Positions 1-9,521 of a stretch of 64,000 nucleotides of DNA are shown here, in pieces. The stretch comes from Bacteriovoracia bacterium (lineage in GTDB: Bacteria > Bdellovibrionota > UBA1018 > CAIPTA01): NCBI GenBank assembly GCA_050246755.1, contig JBFWVL010000004.1:64001-128000 (forward strand), given 5' to 3'. The position numbers and the translations under genes are program-made. The notes beneath the pieces are model-generated. The model ran no database searches, had not been told where the DNA came from, and saw nothing but the letters and a program-made list of their open reading frames with translations. Numbering within the stretch: the stretch's first letter is position 1; each line of letters begins with the position of its first letter.

Positions 1-1340
1 GCCACGATGCTTTCCTTTGCCCGCTCCGTGGTGTGGTCTACGATGGCGAGGAAATCGAGGCCGGCAATTTTTTGTTTGGGAAAATCCCCCGCGAGGTGCA
101 GGCGAGTGGGGCGGCCGAGTTCGGAAGGGCTCGAGGTGAGGTCGGTAAGCTGTCCCGACACTTTTCCGGCCCATTCGGACTGCGTGAGTTCCGAGCTGAT
201 CGCGGCCTTCTTCAGCCAAAAAAGTGGATAGCCCTTGCTGATCGGAAAAGCATACGTGGTCCCTTTGCCGCGCTCGTGCGGGAGCAATTCTTCCCCTTGG
301 GCTTTTTTCTTAGCGGCGATTTCGGCCGAGGTTTTCTTTGGCGGCATGTATTTGCGCGCGATCGCGATATATTTTCGCACACTGGTAAGGCGTTTTTCGA
401 TTTGCCCCAGGAACAGCTGCGTGGAAAACTCTTTTGGGTCGATGCTCGGGATCTTGAGGCGCTTCTGCAAGTCGGCCACGTCTTGGGCGGCCATCTTTTC
501 AAGGTTCGCCACTTCGGCCGTATACTTTTGCACGTCGCCGCTGAGCTGGCTCTGGGCTTGGTCTACTTGCTTGATTTTGGCTTGGGCTTCTCCCAGGATT
601 TCTTTCGCCTGCTTGAGATTCTTCGCGATCTCCGCGGGATTTTTCGAATTCATGTTTAGGGCTTTGATCTTTTGCTCGAGCGCCTGAATCTCGGCGGGCT
701 TGGGTAAGTCTTTGATCCGCTTTTCCCATTCGGCTTTTTTGTTCGTGAGCTCTTTTTCTAGCTCCAGCGCCCGCGCCTGAGCCTTCAGCTCTCCCTGAAT
801 GTTTTTGAGCTGCTCTTTAGGATCGGTACCGGCCACCACCTCGGCGATATCGCCGAGGAAATTTCCGTTGAACTGCGCGCGGGTCTGCTGCATCACCTGG
901 TCTTGCACCTTAGCCAATATGCCAGCGTTAGGCGGAGGGGGAGGCAAAACGTAGCCCGGCTTTTTCCGCATCGTATAAGGCTGGATATCGAGGATCGAAG
1001 CGTCTTCGATCGCCACTTTTCCGCGCAACAGGGCGTCCCAGATCATGGCGAAGCGGATATTCCCGATCTTCACGATATTTTGCGCCGGCTTATCCTTATC
1101 CGTTACTTCGAGGCCGTAGAGCGCGAAGCTCGCGCCCCAAAAAGAAGTCTTCACGCCGGCGATATTCACTTCGGCACCGTGCACTTGCGTGAGGCCGTAT
1201 TCCATTCCTTTGCGCAGGTGGAAATCGAAGAGAAAGTAGAAATAAGCCCATACCAGCGTGATGAGAAAGATCGATGGCACCAGCGTGCCCGTGCGAAACG
1301 GCCCTTTGGATTTTATTTTAGGTTCCGAAGTGTTTGTCAT
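1..1340 (-). CDS. TIGR03545 family membrane-anchored protein (runs off the left edge of the window)
   Basis: Not in the ORF track because no stop is in the window. ATG at 1340 reads MTNTSEPKIKSKGPFRTGTLVPSIFLITLVWAYFYFLFDFHLRKGMEYGLTQVHGAEVNI...WDALLRGKVAIE. It overlaps the TIGR03546 gene, its usual partner. Confidence 0.8.
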   Translation of the reverse strand, partial: MTNTSEPKIKSKGPFRTGTLVPSIFLITLVWAYFYFLFDFHLRKGMEYGLTQVHGAEVNIAGVKTSFWGASFALYGLEVTDKDKPAQNIVKIGNIRFAMIWDALLRGKVAIEDASILDIQPYTMRKKPGYVLPPPPPNAGILAKVQDQVMQQTRAQFNGNFLGDIAEVVAGTDPKEQLKNIQGELKAQARALELEKELTNKKAEWEKRIKDLPKPAEIQALEQKIKALNMNSKNPAEIAKNLKQAKEILGEAQAKIKQVDQAQSQLSGDVQKYTAEVANLEKMAAQDVADLQKRLKIPSIDPKEFSTQLFLGQIEKRLTSVRKYIAIARKYMPPKKTSAEIAAKKKAQGEELLPHERGKGTTYAFPISKGYPLFWLKKAAISSELTQSEWAGKVSGQLTDLTSSPSELGRPTRLHLAGDFPKQKIAGLDFLAIVDHTTERAKESIV

Positions 1341-1845
1341 AGGTGCAATACCAGTTGTAAACGGAAGTGGCTTTGAGCAGCTTCCAGACTTTGGTTTCTT
1401 TGAAGCGGGCCACCACGGTCACGCGGTACTTGATGATCAGCGAGCGGGCGAGCACGAACACGAAGGGCGCGAGCACTAACGTGACCACTCCCGAGCCCAT
1501 CACGATGGAATTATTGAAGCGGGTGAGGGGAACGATGGGCATATTATAGAGCGTAGTGAAGAGGCCGTGGAGGGCATCCATCTCCAGCACCGCCGAGCCC
1601 ACTAGATCGAAGGCGGGATCTAGGAGCCACGCGACGAACTTGAAGAAAAAACAGGCGAGGAAAGCCATCCCGATTTGGATGCGGAAGACGAAGAGGCAGA
1701 GGAATACGAGCGCGCTCTGGAGCGAGAAAGCGGGCGTCATTCCGAGGATGAATCCGGCCGCAATTCCGGCGGCGATCTGGTTCTGGCCGGTTTCGGAATT
1801 CAGCATTTTCAGCAGGCCGAAGATCTGTTTTAAGAGCAGGGTCAT
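1318..1845 (-). CDS. TIGR03546 family membrane protein
   Basis: LNSETGQNQIAAGIAAGFILG and PIVPLTRFNNSIVMGS motifs; GGAGG SD. Confidence 0.85.
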   Translation of the reverse strand: MTLLLKQIFGLLKMLNSETGQNQIAAGIAAGFILGMTPAFSLQSALVFLCLFVFRIQIGMAFLACFFFKFVAWLLDPAFDLVGSAVLEMDALHGLFTTLYNMPIVPLTRFNNSIVMGSGVVTLVLAPFVFVLARSLIIKYRVTVVARFKETKVWKLLKATSVYNWYCTYDKHFGT

Positions 1846-1970
1846 GGAATCCTCCGACTTCTATTGTCGGGGAGATTTTCCATACGTCAATGGGGAATAA
1901 GGATGACGCGGCGTTTAGACGGCGAAAGAGTTACGTGCGGAGGAGGAGGCAACTCCAGAATTTTGTGAGC

Positions 1971-3344
1971 TTAAATCGGCGCGCCCACGCCTCGGTGCAA
2001 AAGCTTGGGCTCCAGTTTTTCGGCGATGGACTTGGCGAATTCCGCGAGGCTCTCGTCGCGCGCGCCGAATACGATATAATTTTCTCCGGCTTTCACGTTC
2101 TGCATGATTTCTTCCCGGCCGGCGGTGGCCGCATTTTTCCCGAGAGCGGTAACGCCGTCGGCTAAATCGCTACTCGAAATATCTTTGGCCACGGTTCCGC
2201 CCACATAGAAAATCGGCAGGAGCAGCAAGCGATCCGAAGGGCGAAGATTCTTGGCGAATGCCTCGATGTATTCATTTTTCATCATGCGCGTGGGCGCAAA
2301 GCCGTGGGGCTGGTAGATATAGGTGATCGAATCCTTGATTTTTTGCGCCATCTGCATCATCGATTCGATCTTGTGAGGATTGTGGGCGTAGTCGTCCATC
2401 ACGAAGCTTTTGCCGTCGTTCAGGTACACGTCGAAGCGCCGGTCCACTCCGCGAAAAGTCTCGAGAGGCTTCACGAGGTCTTTGAGGGGAATTCCGAATT
2501 CTGCCAGCGTGGCCACGCAAGCAAGAGCATTGTACACATTATATAGGCCTGGCATATTTAGGATGAATTTCACCCCATTTACGATGAATTCGCTCGAGAT
2601 CGGCTTGAGCTGGAGGTTTTCGGCCCGGTAGCGGGCGGGCTGGGTGATTCCGTAAGTAACGGCATTGCCGAGCTTCAGTTTGGCGAGATGGGCATCATCG
2701 GCGTTCACCAAGGTTTTTTTCGCGGTATTGCCGGCCAGGATCGTGAACATCACGGCCGTCTTATCCACCGAGTGGTGGTCGAGCTCGAGATTGTGCAGGA
2801 TCGTGAATTCTGGTTTGTAGGAAACGATGCTGCCGTCGGACTCACAGGCTTCCACCACGAGGAGCTGGGAACTGCCGGCGATCGCGTTGCCGAGATTATT
2901 CGCTTCCTTGAACTGACTTACGCGCCCGCCGCCGATGAAATTCGGGGAAAGCGCGAGCTCCCGCATCATATAGGCCAGCAAGCCCGAGGTGGTGGATTTA
3001 CCGCTCGTGCCGGCCACGGCGAAGGTGCGGTGGCTGGAAACCAATTCGGCCAAAAATTCCGGGCGCATTTTGATCGGGATGCCGAGTTCCGCGGCTTTTT
3101 TGGGTTCCGGCAAATCTTTTTCCACGGCCGTGCTGAATACCACCTGATCGAAAGAAGAGTTAATTCCCGCGCCATCTTGAGGAAGAATTTTGATGCCCTT
3201 GGAAACCAGGGGGGCATAAGCGGGATGGTTTTTGTCGGTGTCAAAGCTGCGGTCGGAGCCCGAGATATCGTGGCCTTTATCGGCCATGAAAGAAGCTATC
3301 GCTGAAACACCGCTGCCGCCGATTCCGGAGAAAAAGATCTTCAT
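1971..3344 (-). CDS. murC: MurC-like Mur ligase (UDP-N-acetylmuramate--L-alanine ligase family)
   Basis: GIGGSGVS Rossmann motif, AGTSGKSTT P-loop, EACESDG, DDYAHNP, QPH. No dcw cluster around it, so possibly a paralog. Confidence 0.75.
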   Translation of the reverse strand: MKIFFSGIGGSGVSAIASFMADKGHDISGSDRSFDTDKNHPAYAPLVSKGIKILPQDGAGINSSFDQVVFSTAVEKDLPEPKKAAELGIPIKMRPEFLAELVSSHRTFAVAGTSGKSTTSGLLAYMMRELALSPNFIGGGRVSQFKEANNLGNAIAGSSQLLVVEACESDGSIVSYKPEFTILHNLELDHHSVDKTAVMFTILAGNTAKKTLVNADDAHLAKLKLGNAVTYGITQPARYRAENLQLKPISSEFIVNGVKFILNMPGLYNVYNALACVATLAEFGIPLKDLVKPLETFRGVDRRFDVYLNDGKSFVMDDYAHNPHKIESMMQMAQKIKDSITYIYQPHGFAPTRMMKNEYIEAFAKNLRPSDRLLLLPIFYVGGTVAKDISSSDLADGVTALGKNAATAGREEIMQNVKAGENYIVFGARDESLAEFAKSIAEKLEPKLLHRGVGAPI

Positions 3345-3473
3345 GAGGTCCTCGTTTGTTTATTGTATCGGGATTTTTCGGGTGCCTCCAAAGCTTGTTT
3401 TTAAGGAAGAAAAGAAACAAAAACCCGAAACCAGGTATCAAGATTGCCGCGTTTTCTCGGGTAGTCGATAAGC

Positions 3474-3489
3474 TGGCTTAGTAAGTGCT
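3474..3489 (+). promoter_or_regulatory. sigma-54 -24/-12 promoter
   Basis: TGGCTTAGTAAGTGCT (GG-N10-GC), about 33 nt before ATG 3522. Confidence 0.55.
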
Positions 3490-3521
3490 TCCGCTGATAG
3501 ATAGCCAAAATAGGAGGCAAA

Positions 3522-3986
3522 ATGGACTTACAGAATTTTAAAGCCAGTCTTCCCACCACCGAGGGGCGCGTTCCCGCGAATACGTCGGCGGCCGTCAATG
3601 CCCGGATTGAGTCCGATACTCTAAAGCGCCTCGATGCGATCGGTACCGATCCTGAAAAAATTGAAGTGCGTCTGCAAGAGATCGAGCAGGAATGGGATAT
3701 CGAGCGCATTCTCGAAGCAAACGCCGCGGCGGCCACGCTCGTGGGCGTGTCTCTGGGGGCCACGGTGAGCAAGAGGTGGCTGCTATTACCCGCGCTCGTG
3801 GCCGGATTTTTATTCCAGCACGCGGTGCAAGGCTGGTGTCCTCCGCTCCCGATCCTGCGCCGTTTAGGATTCCGCACGGCCCGCGAGATTGAGAATGAGC
3901 GCACGATCCTAAAATCGCGCCGGGGCGATTTGAAGAACTTGGAAATTTCTTTTTCCGGAGCCTCCATGAGAGCGGTGGAAGTTTAA
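3522..3986 (+). CDS. DUF2892/YgaP-like membrane protein
   Basis: EWDIERILEANA...FLFQHAVQGWCPPLPILRRLGFRT signature; AGGAGG SD. Confidence 0.75.
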   Translation: MDLQNFKASLPTTEGRVPANTSAAVNARIESDTLKRLDAIGTDPEKIEVRLQEIEQEWDIERILEANAAAATLVGVSLGATVSKRWLLLPALVAGFLFQHAVQGWCPPLPILRRLGFRTAREIENERTILKSRRGDLKNLEISFSGASMRAVEV

Positions 3987-4327
3987 TGAAGCAGCGGCTT
4001 ACCATAATTTTTTTGCTGCCCTTCCTGGCGGCCTGCACCACGGTAGAATTCGTGCGCAAAGACCTTACGCCGCAGAAAAAGGCCGTCGTCCGCTTTTCCC
4101 CGCCTTCGAGCCCAGAGCGGGAAAAGGACTATAAGGAAGAGCTCACGAGGAAAGCCTCCGAGTTTTGCGGCGGCCCTTTCGAGATCACCAAAGAATACCA
4201 GGCGCGGGAAGAAAGCGGTGGAACCGGAGTGGGCACGGGGGTAGGCTTCGGGGCGGGCGCCATTTTCATCGGCGGCGCAAGCCCCAGCTCTACGATGTAT
4301 AATTTCGTGGAGCTTAGCTGTAAATAG
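3986..4327 (+). CDS. Hypothetical lipoprotein
   Basis: Lipobox LAAC; Gly-rich segment; coupled to the upstream stop (TAATG). Confidence 0.7.
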   Translation: MKQRLTIIFLLPFLAACTTVEFVRKDLTPQKKAVVRFSPPSSPEREKDYKEELTRKASEFCGGPFEITKEYQAREESGGTGVGTGVGFGAGAIFIGGASPSSTMYNFVELSCK

Positions 4328-4383
4328 CGAAGGTCGGGCGCCGCGCCATAACGGGAACTCACGCTTTGTGGTAGGGTGCCTCC

Positions 4384-5124
4384 ATGAAATCGCTCTTTAC
4401 CCGTAAAACCTTCCAATACTTCGATCTCGCCCAAAAGAATAATAAGAAGAAGGAATGGTTTCAGAAAAATCAGGACTTTTATCTTGAGAACGTGCGGGAG
4501 CCGTATGTTTTCCTTCTTCGGGAAATGAGCCATCGATTTCACGAGAAGTTACCGGGCATCGTGATGACCCCGAGAAAAATTTCCCGGCCTTTGCGGCCTC
4601 GGCCTAAGGCCGAGGCCCAGGGTTACGTGCGTGCGAGCTCCATGTTCTTTCTTGCCGAGAAGCAATACTCCATCTTCGAGTGGAATCCCGGGATTTATAT
4701 GAGCCTGGGCGACGAGAAAGACGACAACGTGATCGGCATGGGCATCTACGGCCCCTCTAGCCGGCAGATAAAGCGCCTGCGCGCGGCCTTCGCAGCAGAC
4801 TATAAAACCGTAGATAAAATTCTCGCCAATAAGACCCTGAAGAAGTATTGGGGTGCTCCTGCCGACGAAATGTACAAAAGATTTCCTAAGGACTATTCGG
4901 TAGACGATCCCGCCGCCAAGTACCTTTGGTACAAGCAGTTCTTTCTGCGTCGGCAATTTACCCGCAGGGAAGTGGTGAGCAAAGATTTTCCCAATACCGT
5001 GCTCCGCGCCTACGAAGCTGGGTTGCCGTTATTCGCATGGATTCGGGAAGCCGTGGGAATCTATAATAAGCGCGAAATGGAGCGTGAACGGGAGATGAAA
5101 CGGGATATAGTTTCAGAGTGGTAG
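4384..5124 (+). CDS. DUF2461 (TIGR02453-like) family protein
   Basis: TFQYFDLAQKNNKKKEWFQKNQDFY N-terminus; KRFPKDY. Confidence 0.7.
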   Translation: MKSLFTRKTFQYFDLAQKNNKKKEWFQKNQDFYLENVREPYVFLLREMSHRFHEKLPGIVMTPRKISRPLRPRPKAEAQGYVRASSMFFLAEKQYSIFEWNPGIYMSLGDEKDDNVIGMGIYGPSSRQIKRLRAAFAADYKTVDKILANKTLKKYWGAPADEMYKRFPKDYSVDDPAAKYLWYKQFFLRRQFTRREVVSKDFPNTVLRAYEAGLPLFAWIREAVGIYNKREMEREREMKRDIVSEW

Positions 5125-5125
5125 T

Positions 5126-5353
5126 TTGCAGAACGAAAATCATCTCGGCGGCCCAAGGCTCTACCAGGAAAAATACGGATCGATCAGCATCCCTATGGCC
5201 CACGCTCCCTTTTCCATCGGCGCCGCCGAAAAGTACGCTTGGCTCCTGCGTATGAAAAATGCGGTAGACGCCCAGCCATTTGCCGAGGATTTTAAGGTAT
5301 ACCTCATGAAGCAGCTCGCCGTTCCCGCCGAGCGAGTACGAAACCGCGATTGA
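5126..5353 (+). pseudogene. 5'-truncated group II truncated hemoglobin remnant
   Basis: LGGPRLYQEKYGSISIPMAHAPFSIGAAEKYAWL matches the C-terminal half of 2/2 globins (GGP motif, proximal His, W-G8). The N-terminal half and an SD are missing. Confidence 0.6.
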
Positions 5354-5365
5354 GAAGCTTGGCGC

Positions 5366-5671
5366 ATGAAGAAAGCATTTATCGGAAAAAATCAAAAAAT
5401 TGCCCTCGAAATGCTCGACGAAATCGAGCGTACCCGCTCGGGTAATCGCACGATTGAGGAGCTAGAGGAAAAACTCTGGCGTTTGCTCGATGCTACCTGT
5501 GCGGGTTTTCCCGTTACCCTGGCGGGTCAGGTAGACGAATTAGTGCATAACTTACGCCGGCTGCGCAGCGAGAACCGGGCCTTTGCGCATCCCTCTGATG
5601 TGGACGAGGACTATGGAGCAGACGCAATTTACAATGAAGTGGTAAACGCGCTCAGCAGGTTTTTGAGCTAG
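5366..5671 (+). CDS. Hypothetical protein
   Basis: 101 aa helical-looking ORF in a co-oriented run. Confidence 0.55.
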   Translation: MKKAFIGKNQKIALEMLDEIERTRSGNRTIEELEEKLWRLLDATCAGFPVTLAGQVDELVHNLRRLRSENRAFAHPSDVDEDYGADAIYNEVVNALSRFLS

Positions 5672-5707
5672 CTGTCTTTTTTCCTTTCCGGTGATAGCCT
5701 CTTATTC

Positions 5708-6022
5708 ATGCAGTACCTTTTGTCATTCCTGCTGTTAGTCGGCTGTACCTCCAACGAAAAGACCTTGCTCTTCGAGTGCAATGAGCAAAACCAAGGAGAT
5801 GCTTGCTTCAAGCTCGGCAACGCTCACACCGGTGAAGGCGCGCTGGCCTTCTATCGCCGCGGCTGTGAAATAGAGAACGTGAATTCTTGTGGGGCCCTGC
5901 TGACACAAGCCCCGGATAGAGAAAAGGCGCAGGCCGCGCTAAAATCGTTCTGTGATCGCGGCAATGCCAATGCCTGCGGAAAATTAAAAGATGCCGTGGT
6001 GGAGAGTTTCCCGAAAAAATAG
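5708..6022 (+). CDS. Sel1/Hcp-like cysteine-rich repeat lipoprotein
   Basis: Lipobox LVGC; repeated C-x7-C units (CNEQNQGDAC, GCEIENVNSC, CDRGNANAC). Confidence 0.65.
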   Translation: MQYLLSFLLLVGCTSNEKTLLFECNEQNQGDACFKLGNAHTGEGALAFYRRGCEIENVNSCGALLTQAPDREKAQAALKSFCDRGNANACGKLKDAVVESFPKK

Positions 6023-6031
6023 CTGGCTCGT

Positions 6032-6077
6032 AAAATAAAAACTCCGTGATGGGAGCCGCTAAACACCCACCACGGAG
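6032..6077 (-). terminator. Intrinsic terminator between convergent genes
   Basis: Minus strand CTCCGTGGTGGG-loop-CCCATCACGGAG followed by TTTTTATTTT. Confidence 0.65.
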
Positions 6078-6132
6078 AAATGGAAGGAGGAGTACCCTTC
6101 CGGTTGGCTACTGATTTAAAGCCGGTGTCGCA

Positions 6133-7395
6133 TTAAGCTTCGTCTTTCCGCTTGGCTAAAAAATGGTAGAGGGGGGCCGGCATAATTTTCCGGCCGAGGG
6201 TTTGCCCGATAAAGCCGGCCACCATGAAGGGTAAAATCAGGATATGTTCGTCCGTCATTTCCGTAACAATGATAACCGCGGTGAACGGAGCCTGAATGAC
6301 GCCGGAAAAAAACGCCACCATGCCGATCAGTGCACAGGTGCGAAAATTGGAAAGATGAAAAATTTCGGCAATTGCGATGCCGAGGCCGGAGCCAATGCTA
6401 AGGCTAGGGGAGAATATGCCGCCGGCCATGCCGGATAGGTACGATAAAACCGTAGTAATCATTTTAAGAAACGGGAAGGCGATCGCGTATGGTCCGGGAG
6501 CGCTGGCATTCAGGGCTTCACTGGTGACTTCATAGCCCGATCCAGAGGTTGCTCCGGCAGTAAGATAGCAGCAAAGAGCGCAAAGAGTGCCGCAAATAAA
6601 TGCGCGCATTGCCCAGTGTTTGGGCAGCATAGTCATGGCCGGGTAGGCTAATACTTTGGCGAAAAGGCCGCCCAGGAGGCCGCCCGCGATGCCGATTAGC
6701 AGCGCCTCGTAGACCACCTTCAAATCAGGCTTCGCGACCATTGGATGGCCAAAGTAAAGATAGTTGCCGATTATCGCTTGGGCCGTAATTCCCGATACGA
6801 TGACGGCGATCATCAGCATTTGACGAAAGGATCCGAAGGCGCCATCTATTACTTCTTCGATGACAAACGTGATTCCCGCCAGCGGAGTATTGAACGCGGC
6901 CGCCACGCCCGCGGCGGCTCCCGCCGTGAGAAAAGGGGCGGCGCCAATGGCGGATCCGAATTTTGCGGATTTTTTGCCAACAAAGGCAAAGATAGAGGCC
7001 GCGATCTGGATCGTGGGGCCTTCTCTTCCGACGGAGGCCCCGCCTAGTAGTCCCAGGCAGGAGGAAGCCACCTTCACGACGGCGGTCCGAATCGAAACTA
7101 AAGGGGAGGTCCACCCGCGTTGGTCTTGGTTGGCGCGACTTGTTTCAATCGCTTCGAGAACTTGGGGAATGCCGCTGCCTTTAGCGTGCGGGCCGAAACG
7201 CCGCACCGTGGCCGTGGCGGCCAGAAAGAAAAATGGAGCAAGTGCGGAAGTAAGCAATGGATTGGTTTTGAAATGGAGAAAATAGAAGCCTTGTATCAGG
7301 CCAATCAACTTTGCGTAAAATACGGCGATGATTCCCGTAAGGATCGCGGCCACCCAGATCGAGCTATGGTGGTAGGTTTTAATGGCGAAGTTCAT
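6133..7395 (-). CDS. ClC family chloride channel / Cl-/H+ antiporter
   Basis: GSGIP, GREGP, AAAFNTPLAG, GIFSP and LY motifs. Start moved to ATG 7395 (GAGG SD). Confidence 0.9.
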   Translation of the reverse strand: MNFAIKTYHHSSIWVAAILTGIIAVFYAKLIGLIQGFYFLHFKTNPLLTSALAPFFFLAATATVRRFGPHAKGSGIPQVLEAIETSRANQDQRGWTSPLVSIRTAVVKVASSCLGLLGGASVGREGPTIQIAASIFAFVGKKSAKFGSAIGAAPFLTAGAAAGVAAAFNTPLAGITFVIEEVIDGAFGSFRQMLMIAVIVSGITAQAIIGNYLYFGHPMVAKPDLKVVYEALLIGIAGGLLGGLFAKVLAYPAMTMLPKHWAMRAFICGTLCALCCYLTAGATSGSGYEVTSEALNASAPGPYAIAFPFLKMITTVLSYLSGMAGGIFSPSLSIGSGLGIAIAEIFHLSNFRTCALIGMVAFFSGVIQAPFTAVIIVTEMTDEHILILPFMVAGFIGQTLGRKIMPAPLYHFLAKRKDEA

Positions 7396-7486
7396 GGCCT
7401 CTTCTCGCCGAACGTATCCAAAAGTTCTTGGCATTTTCACACAGTATCTCGTTGCTTTGATAAAGCCAATGTGAAAAAGTATTAAT

Positions 7487-8452
7487 GTGAAAAAAGCGAA
7501 TCGAAAAATTTCGTTTCCGGAGCGCGGTGCCCAGGGAAACCAGATCAATTGGAATCAGGTATTTTATTTTTCCCGCATCGCCTCCGCGGGATCCATTAAA
7601 GATGCGGCAACGGAGCTTAACTTATCACCTTCCACGCTTAGCTTGCATTTGTCGCAGCTCGAAGAGGATTTGAGGGTTCAGCTTTTTCAGCGCGGGCATA
7701 GAAAGCTAATCCTCACTTCTGAAGGTTCCAGACTTTTTATTCACGCAAAAGCAATGTTCGAGTCGGGGCAGCGCTTACTCGATGTGGTTTCTCCACTTCC
7801 TCTCGGTTGCTACCCTGTTTCGGTGGGCTTGGTGCCCAGCCCTTCGCTGCCTGCAGTCAATCGTATTTTTTCTCGTTACTTGAATTTGCAGCAAGGTCTA
7901 AACCTGAAAATCTTTCGTTCCGGTTATTCAGAGCTGGAGGAGGGCTTGACCGGGTCTCGCTTTGATTTTGGTTTTTCGGATCGCCCTCCCGGGAGAAAGG
8001 ATTTGACGTTTCAGATCGTGTCCAACGCGGAAATCCGTTTTTATGTTGCGCCAAAATGGGAAGGCACGCCTTTTTACAGGCTGCTCCAGCGGCTTCCGCT
8101 CTTGATCTGCAATGCCGAGCCGGACCAAAAATCCTTCGCGGAGCAGGCGCTGCTAGAGTCGGAATTGCACCCTTCCGCCGTGGTTACTTCTGACTATCCC
8201 AGCACTCTGCTGGAGCTGTGCCGCAAGGGAGCGGGAATCGGCGTGTTCAGTGAGATCACTTTTTACGGGAGAGAAGAACAGGGCTTGACCTCGCTGAAGG
8301 CACCCAAAGATGCCCCGAAATTGAAAGACAATCTTTACGCGGTTTGGTCGCAAGAGGCTGGAAATACGTTCGCGATCCGTCATCTAAAGCAGGTATTGGC
8401 CGCAGCGGAGGGGAAAATTCAACCCTTAAGGGCGGGCTATGTCGGCCGATAG
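7487..8452 (+). CDS. LysR family regulator (NhaR-like)
   Basis: NWNQVFYF...GSIKDAATELNLSPSTLS...QLEEDL HTH; divergent from the ClC gene. Confidence 0.85.
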   Translation: MKKANRKISFPERGAQGNQINWNQVFYFSRIASAGSIKDAATELNLSPSTLSLHLSQLEEDLRVQLFQRGHRKLILTSEGSRLFIHAKAMFESGQRLLDVVSPLPLGCYPVSVGLVPSPSLPAVNRIFSRYLNLQQGLNLKIFRSGYSELEEGLTGSRFDFGFSDRPPGRKDLTFQIVSNAEIRFYVAPKWEGTPFYRLLQRLPLLICNAEPDQKSFAEQALLESELHPSAVVTSDYPSTLLELCRKGAGIGVFSEITFYGREEQGLTSLKAPKDAPKLKDNLYAVWSQEAGNTFAIRHLKQVLAAAEGKIQPLRAGYVGR

Positions 8453-8831
8453 CTTACCCGAAGACGTAAAGAAGTTTATCACGCTATACATCGAAAGCGT
8501 GGAACAGATTCTCGTGCTGCAGATACTTTTTGAAAATCCAGAGAGGGCCTGGACGATCCCTGAATTGACTTTGGAGCTGCGCAGCGCAAACTCTTCGATC
8601 GAGCGCAGGCTAAACAATTTCTATAGTAGTGGCGTGCTTTGGCCACCAGCCAAAGAGGGGGATAAGATCATTTTTTCTCCTAAGGGAAACGAAATGGAAA
8701 AATCTATCCGGCTGCTGATTAAGGCCTTTAGGGAAAGACCTAGTACCACGGTAGAAATGATTTATTCCCGACCAGCTCAGGCCATTCAAGCATTTGCCGA
8801 TGCATTCAAGATTCGGAAGGATGAAAAATGA
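8439..8831 (+). CDS. Conserved hypothetical wHTH-like protein (partner of DUF5985 pair)
   Basis: LPEDVKKFI..IESVEQ N-terminus; IQAFADAFKI C-terminus. Confidence 0.7.
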   Translation: MSADSLPEDVKKFITLYIESVEQILVLQILFENPERAWTIPELTLELRSANSSIERRLNNFYSSGVLWPPAKEGDKIIFSPKGNEMEKSIRLLIKAFRERPSTTVEMIYSRPAQAIQAFADAFKIRKDEK

Positions 8832-9088
8832 TTGCCTCGATCGTTTATCTACTTTGTGCCCTAACGAGTGTGGGTTGTGCGTGGCTTCTTTACTCCAATT
8901 TTAACGAAAAAAAATCGAAACTGCTTTTCTGGAGCGCCACTTGCTTCCTCGGCCTTGCGGTCAGCAATGTCGGATTGTTTGTGGATCTGGTGATGGCTAA
9001 GGGCCACGACCTTTTTCTTCTAAGAACCATTCCCGCACTCGTTGGTGCATACCTTCTGATTTGGGGCCTGATCCGGGAGTCGACATGA
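8828..9088 (+). CDS. DUF5985 family membrane protein
   Basis: VYLLCALTS..CAWLL...LLFWSATCF.GLA..N; 3 TM. Confidence 0.75.
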   Translation: MIASIVYLLCALTSVGCAWLLYSNFNEKKSKLLFWSATCFLGLAVSNVGLFVDLVMAKGHDLFLLRTIPALVGAYLLIWGLIREST

Positions 9089-9357
9089 CGGAGCTTTATC
9101 CCTACCTTAATGGCGCTATGATCGGGGGGTACTTGGTTATTTCTGCCTTCTTTTTCCGCTTCAGAGAAAGAACGAAGGACCAGTTATTCACGTTCTTCAG
9201 CGTGGCGTTTTTTCTTTTTGCGATCGAAAAAATTATTTTCGCGCTTACCAATGATCCAAGCGTGGCGGATGGCGCTTTATTTTACTTGATCCGCCTCGCA
9301 GGTTTTGCGCTGATCATCATTGGCATAGTGAATAAAAACTGGGAGAAGTCCGTTTAG
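9085..9357 (+). CDS. DUF5985 family membrane protein
   Basis: ATG 9085 (ATGA overlap); FFFRFRERTKDQLF...YLIRLAGFALIIIGIVNKN. Confidence 0.75.
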   Translation: MTELYPYLNGAMIGGYLVISAFFFRFRERTKDQLFTFFSVAFFLFAIEKIIFALTNDPSVADGALFYLIRLAGFALIIIGIVNKNWEKSV

Positions 9358-9467
9358 GAAGGGCCGCCTAAGGTAATTTTTAGCGAACCGTGCTCAAAAT
9401 GTCTCACGCTGGGCCACAATGACTCGGCGATCGCTGGGGAACCGATGTTTTTCCCTGAGCAAAGGTT

Positions 9468-9483
9468 CGGCGCGAACGTTGCA
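9468..9483 (+). promoter_or_regulatory. sigma-54 promoter
   Basis: CGGCGCGAACGTTGCA upstream of the ADH gene. Confidence 0.6.
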
Positions 9484-9521
9484 ACGCTGTTTCAAAATCA
9501 TTCATTGAAGGAAACAGGCAA

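Noticed and set aside
33-1376. Plus-strand ORFs of 150-208 aa
   Set aside because: Antisense to the TIGR03545 gene.
6133-7486. Fluoride exporter (CLC-F) with fluoride riboswitch
   Set aside because: Motifs are GSGIP/GREGP (chloride type) and no riboswitch consensus was seen upstream.
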